The notes beneath the pieces were generated by a model. That model saw only the letters and a list, made by a program, of their open reading frames with translations, made no database searches and was not told the DNA's origin. From the human T2T-CHM13v2.0 reference genome, Homo sapiens: DNA of 64,000 nucleotides. The position numbers and the translations under genes were made by a program. Positions 62,290 through 64,000 of this stretch are shown piece by piece. Every line of letters starts with the position of its first letter. The first letter of the stretch is position 1. The stretch lies in assembly GCF_009914755.1 (NCBI RefSeq), contig NC_060930.1; one strand, given 5' to 3'.

Positions 62290-62525
62290 ACAATAATAGG
62301 TAAATATTGAGCCTGTACTAAGTAGCAGGCGTGGCTCTTCTAAGCACTTAAGTAACTCAGTCTTCACCACCACCTTATGAGGGAGATGTTATTATTATTC
62401 CCATTTTATAGATGAAGAAACTGAGACACAAGAAAGGACAAGTGATTTGTTCTCCATCACACAGCTGACAAGCAATGGAACCAGGTCCGAGCCCAGACAT
62501 TTCACACCAGTGCCCAAGCTCCACC
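62290..62525 (-). mobile_element. MIR
   Basis: ATTATTATTCCCATTTTATAGATGAAGAAACTGAGACACA core. Confidence 0.85.
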
Positions 62526-62990
62526 ATCTCCCCATTTGAAGTCTAGGTTTAAAGTGATGTTTTTATGATGACAGTGTCACAGGTGAGTGATGCTGCATAA
62601 CAGCATAGCCCATATCCAGGGCTGAAACATAGGTCAGTCAGAAGAACATAGAATGCAGAGAAAGTCTTGGAAGGTTAATATATATAGAAATGCTTCTGTA
62701 TTCTTTATAACCTGTTAACTCAGAGAGGAATGCTCATGGGCTGCTGTGATGGAAAAAACTGACTTAATTTTCTTTTAGTAGCTATGGAAAACAATGCACA
62801 GCCATAAACTTTGAAAATCTATTTCCTTTATTGTATATTCTCTGTACTCTGTACCCTCTGTCTCCCTAAACTCTCCATTATTTAGTTTCCCAGTGAATAA
62901 TCTACGTTTAAAATTACTGTTAACACTTTACCCTCTCTTTTCTCTCTGGCCACTACAAAAAAAAAAAAAAAAAAAAAATCCTGAATGCAA

Positions 62991-63050
62991 CCCTCCCTCC
63001 CTCCCTCCCTCCTTTCCTTCCTTCCTTCTTTCCTTCCTTCCTTCCATTCT
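62991..63050. repeat. (CCCT)n-(CCTT)n microsatellite next to a ~22-nt A run (~62956-62978)
   Basis: Direct reading. Confidence 0.9.
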
Positions 63051-64000
63051 TTTAGTCATCACTTTTTAGCTCCAATAGTAAAGCAACCAACAGAATTTAG
63101 AGTGGCTTGTCATTCATTCACTTTCTGTATTTGTGGAGCAAAGGTCTGTCAAAGGTGAGGAATTGTGTCAGCAGCATGTTAAGGGGCAAGACCTGTGCAC
63201 TTATAAGTAAACGTGGCTGCCAAGGAAACAGATTGACTACACTATTTCTAAAATTGTAGAAATTCTGAGGTTTGGAAGTAGAAAACAAGGCTTTTGATGA
63301 CTGGAAAACTCACACAACTAAATGATTTGTGGACTAATGGGAGTTTTCAATGAAAATGCAAAATCATAAAATATTACTATTAAATGGAGGACTGATGAAA
63401 AGCAATTATTGGAATGCAGTGTACTTTAAAAGAGGATTGGATTTCAGAAAAAGGACCATCAGCCAGCCAGCATCCCTCATTTTGCTTTGTAATTACAATT
63501 TCTAGGCCTTCTGAACAATTGCGTGACCCTTGAGAAAAGAATTAGTGATTGCAATCATAGCCTCCTAATCAAGCGTCTTGAAAGGAGCAATACTTGAAAA
63601 TCTTCCTCATATACAGGGCATGCCAACTAGTTTTGCAATTTCTCTCGTATATTACTGCTATGATTTAGTGTTTTAGGTTTGCTAATAATTCTCTAATTTA
63701 ATTAAATCAAATATGGAAGTTGAAATAGGGAAGCCAGTAATATCATCTGCAGAAAATAGGAGTTATTGGTTTAATTGCTGTTGCTTTATATAAAGCTTGA
63801 ATTCTTACGTAAGTCTATGGGAAACACAAGAATTATGTCAAGGTGAGAGCTTGGCCTGCTCATACAGCTAGAAATGATGAGGCAGGAACATTGCATGTAA
63901 CCCACTATGAAAAATGAATATGATGTTATTTGGCTGAGTTTCAGATTTATTTTTGATGGCATGGGTCTTGTTTTCCCTGGTGTAATACTATTTGTTCAAG

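Overview
This is primate (most likely human or great-ape) non-coding genomic DNA, dominated by interspersed repeats. It contains about 20 Alus, old L1M and L2/MIR relics, and one young 5'-truncated L1PA2-type copy. DNA transposons include a near full-length Tigger1 and several Tigger/Charlie elements. Solo LTRs include MLT1, THE1, MER52 and a MER4-group LTR. I cannot recognise any cellular protein-coding exon, RNA gene or CpG-island promoter, and almost all listed ORFs are by-products of Alu, L1, Tigger or GC-rich LTR sequence. L1s and LTRs lie mostly on the minus strand, which suggests (inference) an intron of a long plus-strand transcript. I did not find a convincing new biological system. 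The best leads are: (1) a 227-codon ORF in apparently unique DNA at 5813-6496(-), in a frame with only two internal stops over about 345 codons; (2) a nested insertion at 28.2-29.7 kb that includes a probable retroposed mRNA 3' end; (3) recursive-splice-site-like motifs at 4276 and 51443 plus a clean 88-nt candidate exon; (4) an L1PA2 whose poly(A) tail carries an inverted copy of its own target site and whose intact ORF2 C-terminus is in frame with a flank-derived ATG. Repeat subfamily names come from my memory of consensus sequences, and boundaries of old repeats are approximate.
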